Shown: positions 8,623 through 15,826 of the stretch, piece by piece
Position numbering within the stretch: position 1 is the stretch's first letter
How the letters are laid out: each line of letters opens with the position of its first letter
IMG/VR virus record: IMGVR_UViG_3300017917_003143
Coordinates: 186,001 to 250,000 of that record
Reading direction: 5' to 3' (one strand)
Length of the DNA: 64,000 nucleotides
Program-made: the position numbers and the translations under genes
The notes under the pieces: model-generated
What the model was told of the DNA's origin: nothing
What the model saw: only the letters and a program-made list of their open reading frames with translations
Databases searched by the model: none

Positions 8623-9582
8623 ATGAGCAAAACTACTAAGATTCGTTGGGTTATCGCCCATGAGCCTTTGAACCTTTTCATCCGTGCCGCTGAAGACTTT
8701 GAGCGTCGTGTAAACGAGCAACAGAGCGAGCACAAGATCGAAGTTGAAATCATGACTCTCACAGAGTACAGCCAGCGTTACAACGATGGCGTGGTTGTGA
8801 CCAAGCATGACCTACTAGATCTCATGGAAGCAGGCAAGATCGAAATGAGCCAGATGTACACAACATGGCTCGCTGAGAAGTATGAACAAGACTTCTTGGT
8901 GTTCGACCTTCCTTTCTTGTTCAAGGATCACGAGCATGCAACCCGTGTGCTAGAAGGTGAAGTTGGTGAGACTCTTCTCAACAAACTCACAAACAAGTCA
9001 AATGTACGTGGCTTGAGTTTCACATACTCAGGCGGTTTCCGTCAGATGATTTCCAACAAGCAGGTCAGCACACTAGAAGAACTTGCTGGCACACCAGTGC
9101 GTTCAAACCGTAACCCTGTTGCACAAGCAACTATTTCTGCATTGGGCATGAAGCCTGTTGTTGCCGAAGTAGAAGATCTGCGCAAGGTCGTGGTCGAAGG
9201 TGAAGCTGAAGGTGGCGAAACCAACTACCCACGTATGTACCCACTACGTCAGAATGAAGTTACCAAGTCAGTGATTGACACAGGCCACAGCTTGTTCCTC
9301 ACATCAATGATCATTGGTGACAAGTTCTGGGATAGCCTTAGCCCCGAAGTACAGGCTGTGATCAAGCAAGCCGCTATTCTTGCAGGTCGCGAAGAGCGTG
9401 CCGAAACCATCCGTGATGGTGCTCGTGCCGAGCGTCGCCTTGTTGAAGAAGAAGGTGCCAATATCGTTAAGTGGACACAAGAGCAACGTGATGCCGCCAA
9501 GGCCGCGCTGTCAGGTGTTTACGATCAGTTCCGTGACACATTCACACCTGGTCTCATCGAAGCGATTGAGAAGAAGGCTTAA
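8623..9582 (+). CDS. dctP: TRAP transporter substrate-binding protein (DctP family)
   Basis: FDLPFLFKDHEHA; KFWDSLSPEVQAVI motifs. Confidence 0.9.
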   Translation: MSKTTKIRWVIAHEPLNLFIRAAEDFERRVNEQQSEHKIEVEIMTLTEYSQRYNDGVVVTKHDLLDLMEAGKIEMSQMYTTWLAEKYEQDFLVFDLPFLFKDHEHATRVLEGEVGETLLNKLTNKSNVRGLSFTYSGGFRQMISNKQVSTLEELAGTPVRSNRNPVAQATISALGMKPVVAEVEDLRKVVVEGEAEGGETNYPRMYPLRQNEVTKSVIDTGHSLFLTSMIIGDKFWDSLSPEVQAVIKQAAILAGREERAETIRDGARAERRLVEEEGANIVKWTQEQRDAAKAALSGVYDQFRDTFTPGLIEAIEKKA

Positions 9583-9608
9583 TAGGTAGTAATTTTGTAT
9601 TACACAAG

Positions 9609-9634
9609 AAACCCTACCTAGTGTAGGGTTTTTT
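9609..9634 (+). terminator. intrinsic terminator
   Basis: AAACCCTAC-CTAGT-GTAGGGTTT followed by T-run. Confidence 0.85.
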
Positions 9635-9635
9635 G

Positions 9636-9749
9636 TTGACAGCAAAAAGAAAACCGCATACAATCACTGCTGAGATATAAATATCTTCACAACAAGATCA
9701 ACTTTTTGAGCAACCAGGGGTTGACAAGGAATAAATAAACATATACAAT
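9636..9749 (+). promoter_or_regulatory. promoter stack: two sigma70 promoters plus TATAAATA
   Basis: TTGACA 9636/TACAAT 9659; TATAAATA 9676-83; TTGACA 9721/TACAAT 9744; both spacers 17 bp. Confidence 0.85.
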
Positions 9750-9756
9750 AGATGCT

Positions 9757-9873
9757 ATGATGAACACTTTAAGATCATATTCGATATCATTTAAACAGAT
9801 GGAGCCAACAAGTCTCTTGTGGCACCCCACCTGCCTACGTAATGATGCGATTGGGATCGGGGGTTCTGAGTAG
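9757..9873 (+). CDS. 38-aa leaderless leader peptide (attenuator-like)
   Basis: ATG about 7 nt after the -10 box; MMNTLRSYSISFKQMEPTSLLWHPTCLRNDAIGIGGSE-TAG. Confidence 0.5.
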   Translation: MMNTLRSYSISFKQMEPTSLLWHPTCLRNDAIGIGGSE

Positions 9874-9903
9874 AAGTCAGACAGTAAAATATTCTACACA
9901 GGA

Positions 9904-9935
9904 CCCCAGGACTAAACACCCTGGGGTTTCTGTTT
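9904..9935 (+). terminator. terminator (3:4 hairpin of the putative attenuator)
   Basis: CCCCAGG-ACTAAACAC-CCTGGGG-TTTCTGTTT. Confidence 0.75.
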
Positions 9936-9955
9936 GTGCAAAAGGAAAAAAGAAG

Positions 9956-9984
9956 TTGACAGAAAAGATAGATTATAGTAAAAT
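9956..9984 (+). promoter_or_regulatory. sigma70-type promoter
   Basis: TTGACA-17 bp-TAAAAT. Confidence 0.7.
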
Positions 9985-10139
9985 TGCCGATCGTATTGTT
10001 GAACAAGTAGTTGAGCATTCAAGGTTCGTGTTAGACGAACATCAGATGCAACGATTGCTTCAAGGCAAGATTGATCGAGCTCGACGAGAAGTTGAAGCCA
10101 GGGCAACATGCCCAATATGGCATACTGATCGATAGGTCG

Positions 10140-10350
10140 AGCACAGTGGACGTAGGCAACGAGGGCCGTGAGACCACTTTAAAAAAGCTCTAAACGGGCG
10201 GGGTCCTGGATGAAATCCTTGGCGGTAACAAGGAAAGTAAAATAGGCAAGCGGAGGATGTCTCCGCTTTGGCTCTGGCAACAGAGCCCATATTGAAGCAC
10301 ATTGCCGAACAGTCAAATGGCAATAGCCGATGAGTAGTGTGTTTCAATAT
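10140..10350 (+). ncRNA. cluster of GC-rich hairpins, unassigned structured RNA
   Basis: CCTTG/CAAGG, AGCGGAG/CTCCGCT, GGCTCTG/CAGAGCC stems and a terminal ATATTGAAGCAC/GTGTTTCAATAT helix; no credible ORF. Confidence 0.5.
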
Positions 10351-10386
10351 GTCGAACAAGTTTCCAAACGCCGTTAAATAATCGCG

Positions 10387-10983
10387 ATGGAAAACTTAAA
10401 AATAAACAATCCTTTGATCAAAGAAATTTGTCAAAGATTCACGACTCTACAATACAATGATGGCCTGCCAAGCAAAGCAGTAAAATGGGAAGCCAACGAT
10501 GACTATGAAACAGCATCGGCTCAAGCCACAGCAGATCAATCCTTGAGAAACATATTACAAGGGCATCAGCATATAAAAAAGTCTTGCTACAAAATTTTTG
10601 GCGAGACACCTGCTGGAAGCTATTTTCTCAACGAACTTAAAAAACTAATCAAGTATGACAGTTATTACACTGCGGCATACTGGCCAAGAGGATTTATTGG
10701 GTGGCATACAGACAGCGATATAAAAGGACACTGCCTATTATGGACCTGGACTGCTGAAGGACAAGGATTTTTCAAATACAGAGATCCCAACACTGATACG
10801 ATCATCCAAGTCGATGATCAACCAGGTTGGAGCGTCAAGGCCATGCGCCTCGGAGATCAGGACACAGATAGACTGTGGCACTGTGCAGCCGGTGTTGGAT
10901 CAAGATGGTCGTTTGTTTTAATGTACGATGATGATCATACAGATCTTTATCAGAGTGCTAAATCGTTTATTTTATCAAAATAA
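10387..10983 (+). CDS. cupin / 2OG-Fe(II) oxygenase-like protein
   Basis: GWHTD...LWHCA (HxD...H); TAAATA just upstream. Confidence 0.55.
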   Translation: MENLKINNPLIKEICQRFTTLQYNDGLPSKAVKWEANDDYETASAQATADQSLRNILQGHQHIKKSCYKIFGETPAGSYFLNELKKLIKYDSYYTAAYWPRGFIGWHTDSDIKGHCLLWTWTAEGQGFFKYRDPNTDTIIQVDDQPGWSVKAMRLGDQDTDRLWHCAAGVGSRWSFVLMYDDDHTDLYQSAKSFILSK

Positions 10984-10987
10984 TTTA

Positions 10988-11077
10988 GGGGGTTGTTCTC
11001 TACGGCGGACTGTAAATCCGTTGCCTTTAATATGTAGAGTGGCCGGCGATTAGGTTCGATTCCTTCAGCCCCCACCA
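10988..11077 (+). tRNA. atypical tRNA-Tyr (GTA) lacking a canonical D arm
   Basis: Acceptor GGGGGTT/AGCCCCC-A-CCA; GCGGA-CTGTAAA-TCCGT; T loop TTCGATT. Confidence 0.7.
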
Positions 11078-11084
11078 AGTTTAC

Positions 11085-11159
11085 GGTCCTATCGATTAGG
11101 GGTAAAGTCATCGCCCTGTCACGGCGAAGTCACGGGTTCGAATCCCGTTGGGACCGCCA
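11085..11159 (+). tRNA. tRNA-Asp (GTC)
   Basis: Cloverleaf; TCGCC-CTGTCAC-GGCGA; CCA. Confidence 0.95.
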
Positions 11160-11165
11160 GTTTAT

Positions 11166-11242
11166 TCCTCAGTAGCACAGTTGGTAGTTGCGCTTGACTG
11201 TTAATCAAGATGTCGGTGGTTCGAGCCCACCCTGGGGAGCCA
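11166..11242 (+). tRNA. tRNA-Asn (GTT)
   Basis: Cloverleaf; CTTGA-CTGTTAA-TCAAG; CCA. Confidence 0.95.
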
Positions 11243-11244
11243 AG

Positions 11245-12051
11245 TTAGTAAGGCCATTTATAGATATCTTGTATCTTTAATGGAACAGAGTTGACTTTTG
11301 ATTTGTTATACAGTCGGATGATCACTCGTTTGTTTGTTTCACCAAAAGAGTAAAGAGAGTCCGACAGCTCTTGTCTGACAAAATCCGGCACATTTTTTTC
11401 TGAGATTATATCTTCATAGGTAGGCCAATCATCGCCTTGTACATTGATATATTCCTCATAGGTTATGTGTCGCAACTCTTTGGGTGATGGATTTCCGTGA
11501 CATTGTACATAATCGCAAGCGAATCCAAATATCTGGGCGACTTGTAATATCCATGATATGTTTGGTGTACCAATAGGAACTATGTTGCAATTTCCAAATG
11601 CACCGTTGGTATCTACGTGTACACTTTCAAAACTCCAGACCATTTCTGGATTAAGTGATTCTGGTCCGAACACTGTTTCCATCAAACAGTGACTGACATT
11701 GGGATTTAAAATTTGAGAGAAAAATTGGAAATGATTGTGCAAGTGATATAACAATCCTAACACTATCACAGTGTCGCTTTGTTTGACCAATGGTGATATC
11801 AGATCTTTGTCGGTCACATCGCCTACAACAAAATCAATGTTAGAGTGAGTGATTCTTTGTTTGGCTTGCTCTATCAGATGAGATCTGATGTCGACTGCAA
11901 AAACATGTTTGGCACCAAGATTTAAGATATGAGAAGTAGATAGTCCGTTGTTGCAGGCTAAATCTAAGACATTTTTATTTTTGATTATATCAAGATTTTG
12001 TCGTAGATATGTCGACATTGGAATGTTTGAAACAGATTTGATGTCTTGCAT
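11245..12051 (-). CDS. class I SAM-dependent methyltransferase (CmoB-like), antisense inside the tRNA array
   Basis: VLDLACNNG motif I; VIVLGLLYHL; start reassigned to MQDIK at 12051. Confidence 0.8.
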   Translation of the reverse strand: MQDIKSVSNIPMSTYLRQNLDIIKNKNVLDLACNNGLSTSHILNLGAKHVFAVDIRSHLIEQAKQRITHSNIDFVVGDVTDKDLISPLVKQSDTVIVLGLLYHLHNHFQFFSQILNPNVSHCLMETVFGPESLNPEMVWSFESVHVDTNGAFGNCNIVPIGTPNISWILQVAQIFGFACDYVQCHGNPSPKELRHITYEEYINVQGDDWPTYEDIISEKNVPDFVRQELSDSLYSFGETNKRVIIRLYNKSKVNSVPLKIQDIYKWPY

Positions 12052-12093
12052 GATAATAATTATCCAACAACTGATTACTTGAACCAATTTTAT

Positions 12094-12184
12094 GCCCCTG
12101 TAGTTTAATGGTAAAACAGCGGATTTATATCCCGTAGCAACAGATAATTGGTTAATGCAGGTTCGACTCCTGCCGGGGGTACCA
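12094..12184 (+). tRNA. tRNA-Ile (TAT) with 21-nt variable region
   Basis: GCGGA-TTTATAT-CCCGT; GCAGG-TTCGACT-CCTGC; CCA. Confidence 0.75.
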
Positions 12185-12190
12185 GTTAAT

Positions 12191-12267
12191 GTATCGGTAG
12201 TTCCAACTGGCAGAACGACAGTCTCCAAAACTGTATGATGGGGGTTCGAATCCCTCCCGGTACGCCA
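12191..12267 (+). tRNA. tRNA-Trp (CCA)
   Basis: ACAGT-CTCCAAA-ACTGT; CCA. Confidence 0.95.
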
Positions 12268-12273
12268 AATAAT

Positions 12274-12351
12274 GCAACGGTGGCAGAGTGGCCCAATGCA
12301 ACGGATTGCAAATCCGTAAAACCGCTGGTTCAAATCCAGCCCGTTGCTCCA
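12274..12351 (+). tRNA. tRNA-Cys (GCA)
   Basis: ACGGA-TTGCAAA-TCCGT; U73; CCA. Confidence 0.95.
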
Positions 12352-12427
12352 TTTACGTGATGCTTGAACCTGGCCCTGAAAGCCAGTCTGCACTTTTGAC
12401 CTATGCAGGGCCTCTCACAACATTTTA

Positions 12428-12517
12428 GGAAGTGTGGCAGAGTCCGGTTTATTGCACCTGTCTTGAAAACAGACGATCAGAAATGGTCCGTGAGTTCGAA
12501 TCTCACCGCTTCCGCCA
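12428..12517 (+). tRNA. tRNA-Ser (TGA)
   Basis: CTTGAAA loop; long variable arm; G73. Confidence 0.95.
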
Positions 12518-12528
12518 AATAGAAATAC

Positions 12529-12618
12529 GGAGAGGTCCCATAATGGTATTGGAGCGGATTGCTAATCCGTCGACTTGCGAAAGCAGGTTTCTGGGTTCAA
12601 GTCCCAGTCTCTCCGCCA
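12529..12618 (+). tRNA. tRNA-Ser (GCT)
   Basis: TTGCTAA loop; long variable arm; G73. Confidence 0.95.
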
Positions 12619-12619
12619 T

Positions 12620-12697
12620 ACGCCTGTAGCTCAGTTGGACCAGAGTATCACGCTACGAACGTGAGGGCCGGAGGTTCGAATCCTTCCAGGCGTGCCA
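12620..12697 (+). tRNA. tRNA-Arg (ACG)
   Basis: TCACG-CTACGAA-CGTGA; CCA. Confidence 0.95.
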
Positions 12698-12706
12698 GAA
12701 TACGAT

Positions 12707-12783
12707 GGTGTAGTTAGTGTCAGCGGTCAGCACTACGGATTGTGATCCCGTCAGCATGGGTTCGAATCCCATACTACACCCCA
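12707..12783 (+). tRNA. tRNA-His (GTG)
   Basis: G-1:C73; TTGTGAT loop; CCA. Confidence 0.93.
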
Positions 12784-12791
12784 TACAATTT

Positions 12792-12868
12792 GCCCCGGTG
12801 ACGGAATTGGTATACGTGTTGGTCTTAGAAACCAAATTTTAGGAGTTCGAGTCTCCTCTGGGGCACCA
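12792..12868 (+). tRNA. tRNA-Leu (TAG), short variable loop
   Basis: TTGGT-CTTAGAA-ACCAA; 5-nt variable loop; A73. Confidence 0.9.
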
Positions 12869-12874
12869 AACATC

Positions 12875-12958
12875 GCGACTGTGGTGGAATCGGTAGACAC
12901 AGCAGACTTAAAATCTGCCGCTTATAGCGTGCCGGTTCGATTCCGGCCAGTCGCACCA
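12875..12958 (+). tRNA. tRNA-Leu (TAA)
   Basis: GCAGA-CTTAAAA-TCTGC; long variable arm. Confidence 0.95.
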
Positions 12959-12974
12959 TGATATAAGTATTGAT

Positions 12975-13694
12975 ATGAAAAATATTGTCATTGCTGGAGA
13001 TTCTTGGGGTTGCGGCGAATGGGCTGAACAACATGATTCAAGCGACGATCAATATCTGTTACACAAAGGTGTGGCACAATATCTTTCTGACGACGGTCAT
13101 TTTGTTATAAATGTGGCCAAAGGCGGAATCTCTAATTTCCAAGCTGTAGATCGACTTGATAGACTATTGGATCAAATCTGCGATACATCGAAAATAGATT
13201 TTATTCTATTCTTCCAGTCTGAGTGGAGCAGAGACATAGATTTTAGCCAGTTAGATAAGTCATATACAGAATTAAAATCAACTCTAATGTCGAGTGTGTA
13301 TTATACACTCAGCCAGTTGGCCCAGAAGTATCAAGTCAAGATACACCTAATAGGCGGCATGGCTGATACTGTAAAATTAGAGGATTGGAACACAGAATAT
13401 CCTGGTACAGAGATACTGTGCCAAAGCATGTTTAATTTTGTCAAACACAATGACAAAGATATCAATGCTCCTGTGCATGATTGTTTTTTATTATTAGATC
13501 CTGCAAAGATACAACAACTCAAGAGCAAATCTAACATGGACTTAGAAACCATAGTCGATGACATCGACCTGGCAAATACTCGATTAAAAAATCTCCGAGA
13601 CTGCACCGAGCTGTTTTGGCCCGACGGAGTACATGCCAATCGAGTAGCTCATAAAAAATTACATGAGTTAATCAACGAACAATTGATGCAGTAA
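12975..13694 (+). CDS. SGNH/GDSL hydrolase-like protein
   Basis: IAGDSW; DGVHAN C-terminal motif. Confidence 0.75.
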   Translation: MKNIVIAGDSWGCGEWAEQHDSSDDQYLLHKGVAQYLSDDGHFVINVAKGGISNFQAVDRLDRLLDQICDTSKIDFILFFQSEWSRDIDFSQLDKSYTELKSTLMSSVYYTLSQLAQKYQVKIHLIGGMADTVKLEDWNTEYPGTEILCQSMFNFVKHNDKDINAPVHDCFLLLDPAKIQQLKSKSNMDLETIVDDIDLANTRLKNLRDCTELFWPDGVHANRVAHKKLHELINEQLMQ

Positions 13695-13768
13695 TCATAC
13701 AATAAGTTTCGCGAGTACATCAATGCGTCTCCTTGACAGACACGCCGCTTGAGTCTCGCACCCAATAA

Positions 13769-13847
13769 CCGAGTGTAGGAAAGTCTGGTTCAATCCGCCT
13801 GCTTTGGGAGCAGGAGACCGAAGGTTCGAATCCTTCCACTCGGACCA
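13769..13847 (+). tRNA. tRNA-Pro (TGG)
   Basis: CCTGC-TTTGGGA-GCAGG; CCA. Confidence 0.95.
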
Positions 13848-13853
13848 TTTAAT

Positions 13854-13932
13854 GCCCCCTTGGACAAATTGGTAAAGTCGTCTCTCTCAAAAGGAGAAGT
13901 TGTTCTCAGTTCGAATCTGAGAGGGGGTACCA
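13854..13932 (+). tRNA. tRNA-Leu (CAA), short variable region
   Basis: TCTCT-CTCAAAA-GGAGA; 7-nt variable region; A73. Confidence 0.85.
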
Positions 13933-13935
13933 TAT

Positions 13936-14010
13936 GCAGGTATAATTCAGTGGTAGAATGTCTCGTTGCCAACGAGAATGTCGTCGGTTCGAACCCGACT
14001 ACCTGCTCCA
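13936..14010 (+). tRNA. tRNA-Gly (GCC)
   Basis: TCTCG-TTGCCAA-CGAGA; U73. Confidence 0.95.
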
Positions 14011-14015
14011 CACAT

Positions 14016-14092
14016 GCATCCTTAACTCAGCTGGCCAGAGTGCCCTCCTTACAAGTGGGAAGTCGGGAGTTCGAATCTCTCAGGATGCACCA
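14016..14092 (+). tRNA. tRNA-Val (TAC)
   Basis: CTTACAA loop; CCA. Confidence 0.93.
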
Positions 14093-14095
14093 AGT

Positions 14096-14314
14096 TTTGT
14101 TGTAGTGTTAGCAAGAGAAAGACACGCTGGCTAGGTTTCTTCGAAGGACCGAATCAGTAGAAGGTGGCGGGTTCGATGCCCGACGGATCGGAAGATCCGG
14201 GTACATGGTGGCGTACTATCTGGTCCGGTATCCCAAGTAACGTACCGAGTCCTGCCCGGGCTAGTTAATCCAGGTGAATGGTGTCAATAACGATGGTGAC
14301 ACGTCTGCAACAAA
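14096..14314 (+). ncRNA. unassigned ~220-nt structured RNA between tRNA-Val and tRNA-Phe
   Basis: Ends pair (TTTGTTGTAG/CTGCAACAAA); T-loop hairpin CGGG-TTCGATG-CCCG; CGGATC-GGAA-GATCCG; GTGTC/GACAC. Confidence 0.65.
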
Positions 14315-14322
14315 TTCAATAT

Positions 14323-14398
14323 GCCGCTTTAGCTGATGTGGTCATAGCAACGGACTGAAAATCCGTGGAACCCTGTTCGATCCGGGGAGGCGGCACCA
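14323..14398 (+). tRNA. tRNA-Phe (GAA)
   Basis: ACGGA-CTGAAAA-TCCGT; CCA. Confidence 0.95.
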
Positions 14399-14402
14399 AC
14401 AA

Positions 14403-14476
14403 GCCCTATTCGTATAATGGTATTACGTCGGTTTTGTAATCCGAATACGGGAGTTCGATTCTCTCATGGGGCACCA
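14403..14476 (+). tRNA. tRNA-Thr (TGT)
   Basis: TTTGTAA loop; CCA. Confidence 0.93.
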
Positions 14477-14512
14477 TGTTTACCGTTTTGTTGTTTTTGG
14501 ACAACAAGGCAG

Positions 14513-14572
14513 TTGACGATGAAAACACTTTAGCCTACAATAGAGGCTTAGTTAGTTAAATGTTCTTTAAAA
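14513..14572 (+). promoter_or_regulatory. sigma70 promoter followed by a Nus boxA-like element
   Basis: TTGACG-17-TACAAT; TGTTCTTTAAAA at 14561-72. Confidence 0.7.
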
Positions 14573-14590
14573 ATTTAAATGTATAGTCCT

Positions 14591-14699
14591 TATACACATG
14601 AGCACTAAAGGCTAAAGAGCTCGGCCCATGTTGCGGAAACAGCTTCGCCTTTTGGCGTGGTTGGTAGGTTCAATTCCTACAAAGTGTTCAGCTGTATAA
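14591..14699 (+). ncRNA. tRNA-like RNA without CCA or a canonical anticodon loop
   Basis: Acceptor-like GAGCACT/AGTGTTC; T arm GTAGG-TTCAATT-CCTAC; CGCC-TTTT-GGCG arm; outer TATAC/GTATA helix. Confidence 0.55.
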
Positions 14700-15585
14700 G
14701 GATTCGGGGGAGTCTAATCTCCTGTAGGCGGCTTGCCGTCTACGAAGGATAAGTGCCGTGAGGTGCCCAAAGATGCGATGCCTACACAACATCGCCAGCA
14801 ATGGTCCATTTAGACAAGCCTGCTCACACCCGTGAGGGTGCGTTCACTGAGAAGACCGGTGGATGTAACAGCAAAGCTGATGTAGTGGAAAGAACGCTGA
14901 TCGACAGGCCGCAAGGAACCTGGGTCGGTGGAAAGTAACAGGTGGTGCTGACTTCACTACAAAACCAATCAGTCAACTGGTATGAGAAAGGGTAGTGTGT
15001 TGGTCCGAAGGGTCGCTCCTAAGGGCTGGCATGCAGTATTAGTGGTCCGTGGGTTGCGTCGTGAGACGTGGCACATAGGTCGCAAAATACGACTGAGTAA
15101 TCCGCGAGATGAAAGGTACGTGGTGTGTTGTATTCTGCATTCCAAAAGAGTGTGGAGCAACTGAGGCAGCACATCATTGTAGGTTCGATATAGCCTAATG
15201 GTAGGGCGATTTCCTTCTAAGAAATAGACTGTTGGTTCGACTCCAACTATCAAACAAAAACGCAAAGACTGCCTCGGTCACGTGTGAAAAGCATCTAACG
15301 CTTCAGCCGTAAGGTAATGAAGTCAGACGTAGCTCGCAAGGTGAAATCTGTTTATGCTGGAAGTTTCGTAAGGTGTTAGCGCACCTGAATGGCTCGCAAG
15401 GTCAACGGAGAAGAAAGCGTAGAGTAGCATGTGATGTCAAGACTACTGCCTGTCTTTAAACGGCGATGCTGGTAGCAGACCGAGATACCGCAAGGGTTTC
15501 GGTGGATGTCAGGAGAAGGTACGCTCGCAAGGTGTACTATAATGCCTGAGGTGTTACTGGGCAAGGTGTAATCTCAGCCTTCCAC
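14700..15585 (+). ncRNA. giant structured ncRNA, probably GOLLD
   Basis: About 890 nt without a credible ORF; many GNRA-capped hairpins (CGCAAG, CGTGAG, CGTAAG); sits in a phage tRNA array; ends at a terminator. Family assigned from size, context and recalled 3' motif, not from a covariance search. Confidence 0.7.
15184..15256 (+). tRNA. tRNA-Arg (TCT)-like cloverleaf embedded in the giant ncRNA
   Basis: TTCGATA/TATCAAA acceptor with one mismatch; ATTTC-CTTCTAA-GAAAT; GTTGG-TTCGACT-CCAAC; no CCA. Confidence 0.7.
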
Positions 15586-15592
15586 AATCAAC

Positions 15593-15615
15593 AAAACCGC
15601 TCCGGCGGTTTTTTC
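15593..15615 (+). terminator. intrinsic terminator after the giant ncRNA
   Basis: AAAACCGC-TCCG-GCGGTTTT followed by T-run. Confidence 0.85.
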
Positions 15616-15624
15616 TTTTTCTGT

Positions 15625-15698
15625 TCGGGTGTAGTGTAATGGTAACACCACAGACTTTGACTCTGTTATTCTAGGTTCGAGCCCTAGCACCCGTGCCA
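15625..15698 (+). tRNA. tRNA-Gln (TTG)
   Basis: ACAGA-CTTTGAC-TCTGT; CCA. Confidence 0.93.
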
Positions 15699-15700
15699 TT

Positions 15701-15774
15701 GCTCCTATAGGTAAATGGTATACCGACGCCATGGTAAGGCGTAATTCTAAGTTCGATCCTTGGTGGGAGCACCA
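15701..15774 (+). tRNA. tRNA-Thr (GGT)
   Basis: ACGCC-ATGGTAA-GGCGT; CCA. Confidence 0.9.
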
Positions 15775-15826
15775 GGATTTTTAAAGGAGAGACTGTCATG
15801 TCTAGTGACAAGAGTGACAAACTGTT

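Noticed and set aside
9956-10135. 59-codon TTG-start ORF
   Set aside because: Its start codon coincides with a consensus -35 hexamer of a good promoter; ambiguous, so not annotated as a CDS.
12094-12184. Ochre (TTA) suppressor reading of this tRNA
   Set aside because: Counting from the D stem places TAT, not TTA, at positions 34-36.
12052-12393. N-terminal 114 aa of the 382-aa minus-strand ORF
   Set aside because: It is the antisense of tRNA-Ile/Trp/Cys genes; the methyltransferase domain starts at MQDIK (12051).
13711-13765. Degenerate tRNA-like element (GCGAG/CTCGC, GCGT/ACGC)
   Set aside because: It has no T or D arm and the stems are short enough to occur by chance.
13854-13932. tRNA-Glu(CTC) reading
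   Set aside because: The stem register gives loop CTCAAAA, so the anticodon is CAA (Leu).
14700-15585. rRNA fragment, RNase P RNA or group I intron
   Set aside because: I found no rRNA signature, no GAGGAAAGUCC RNase P motif and no interrupted host gene.
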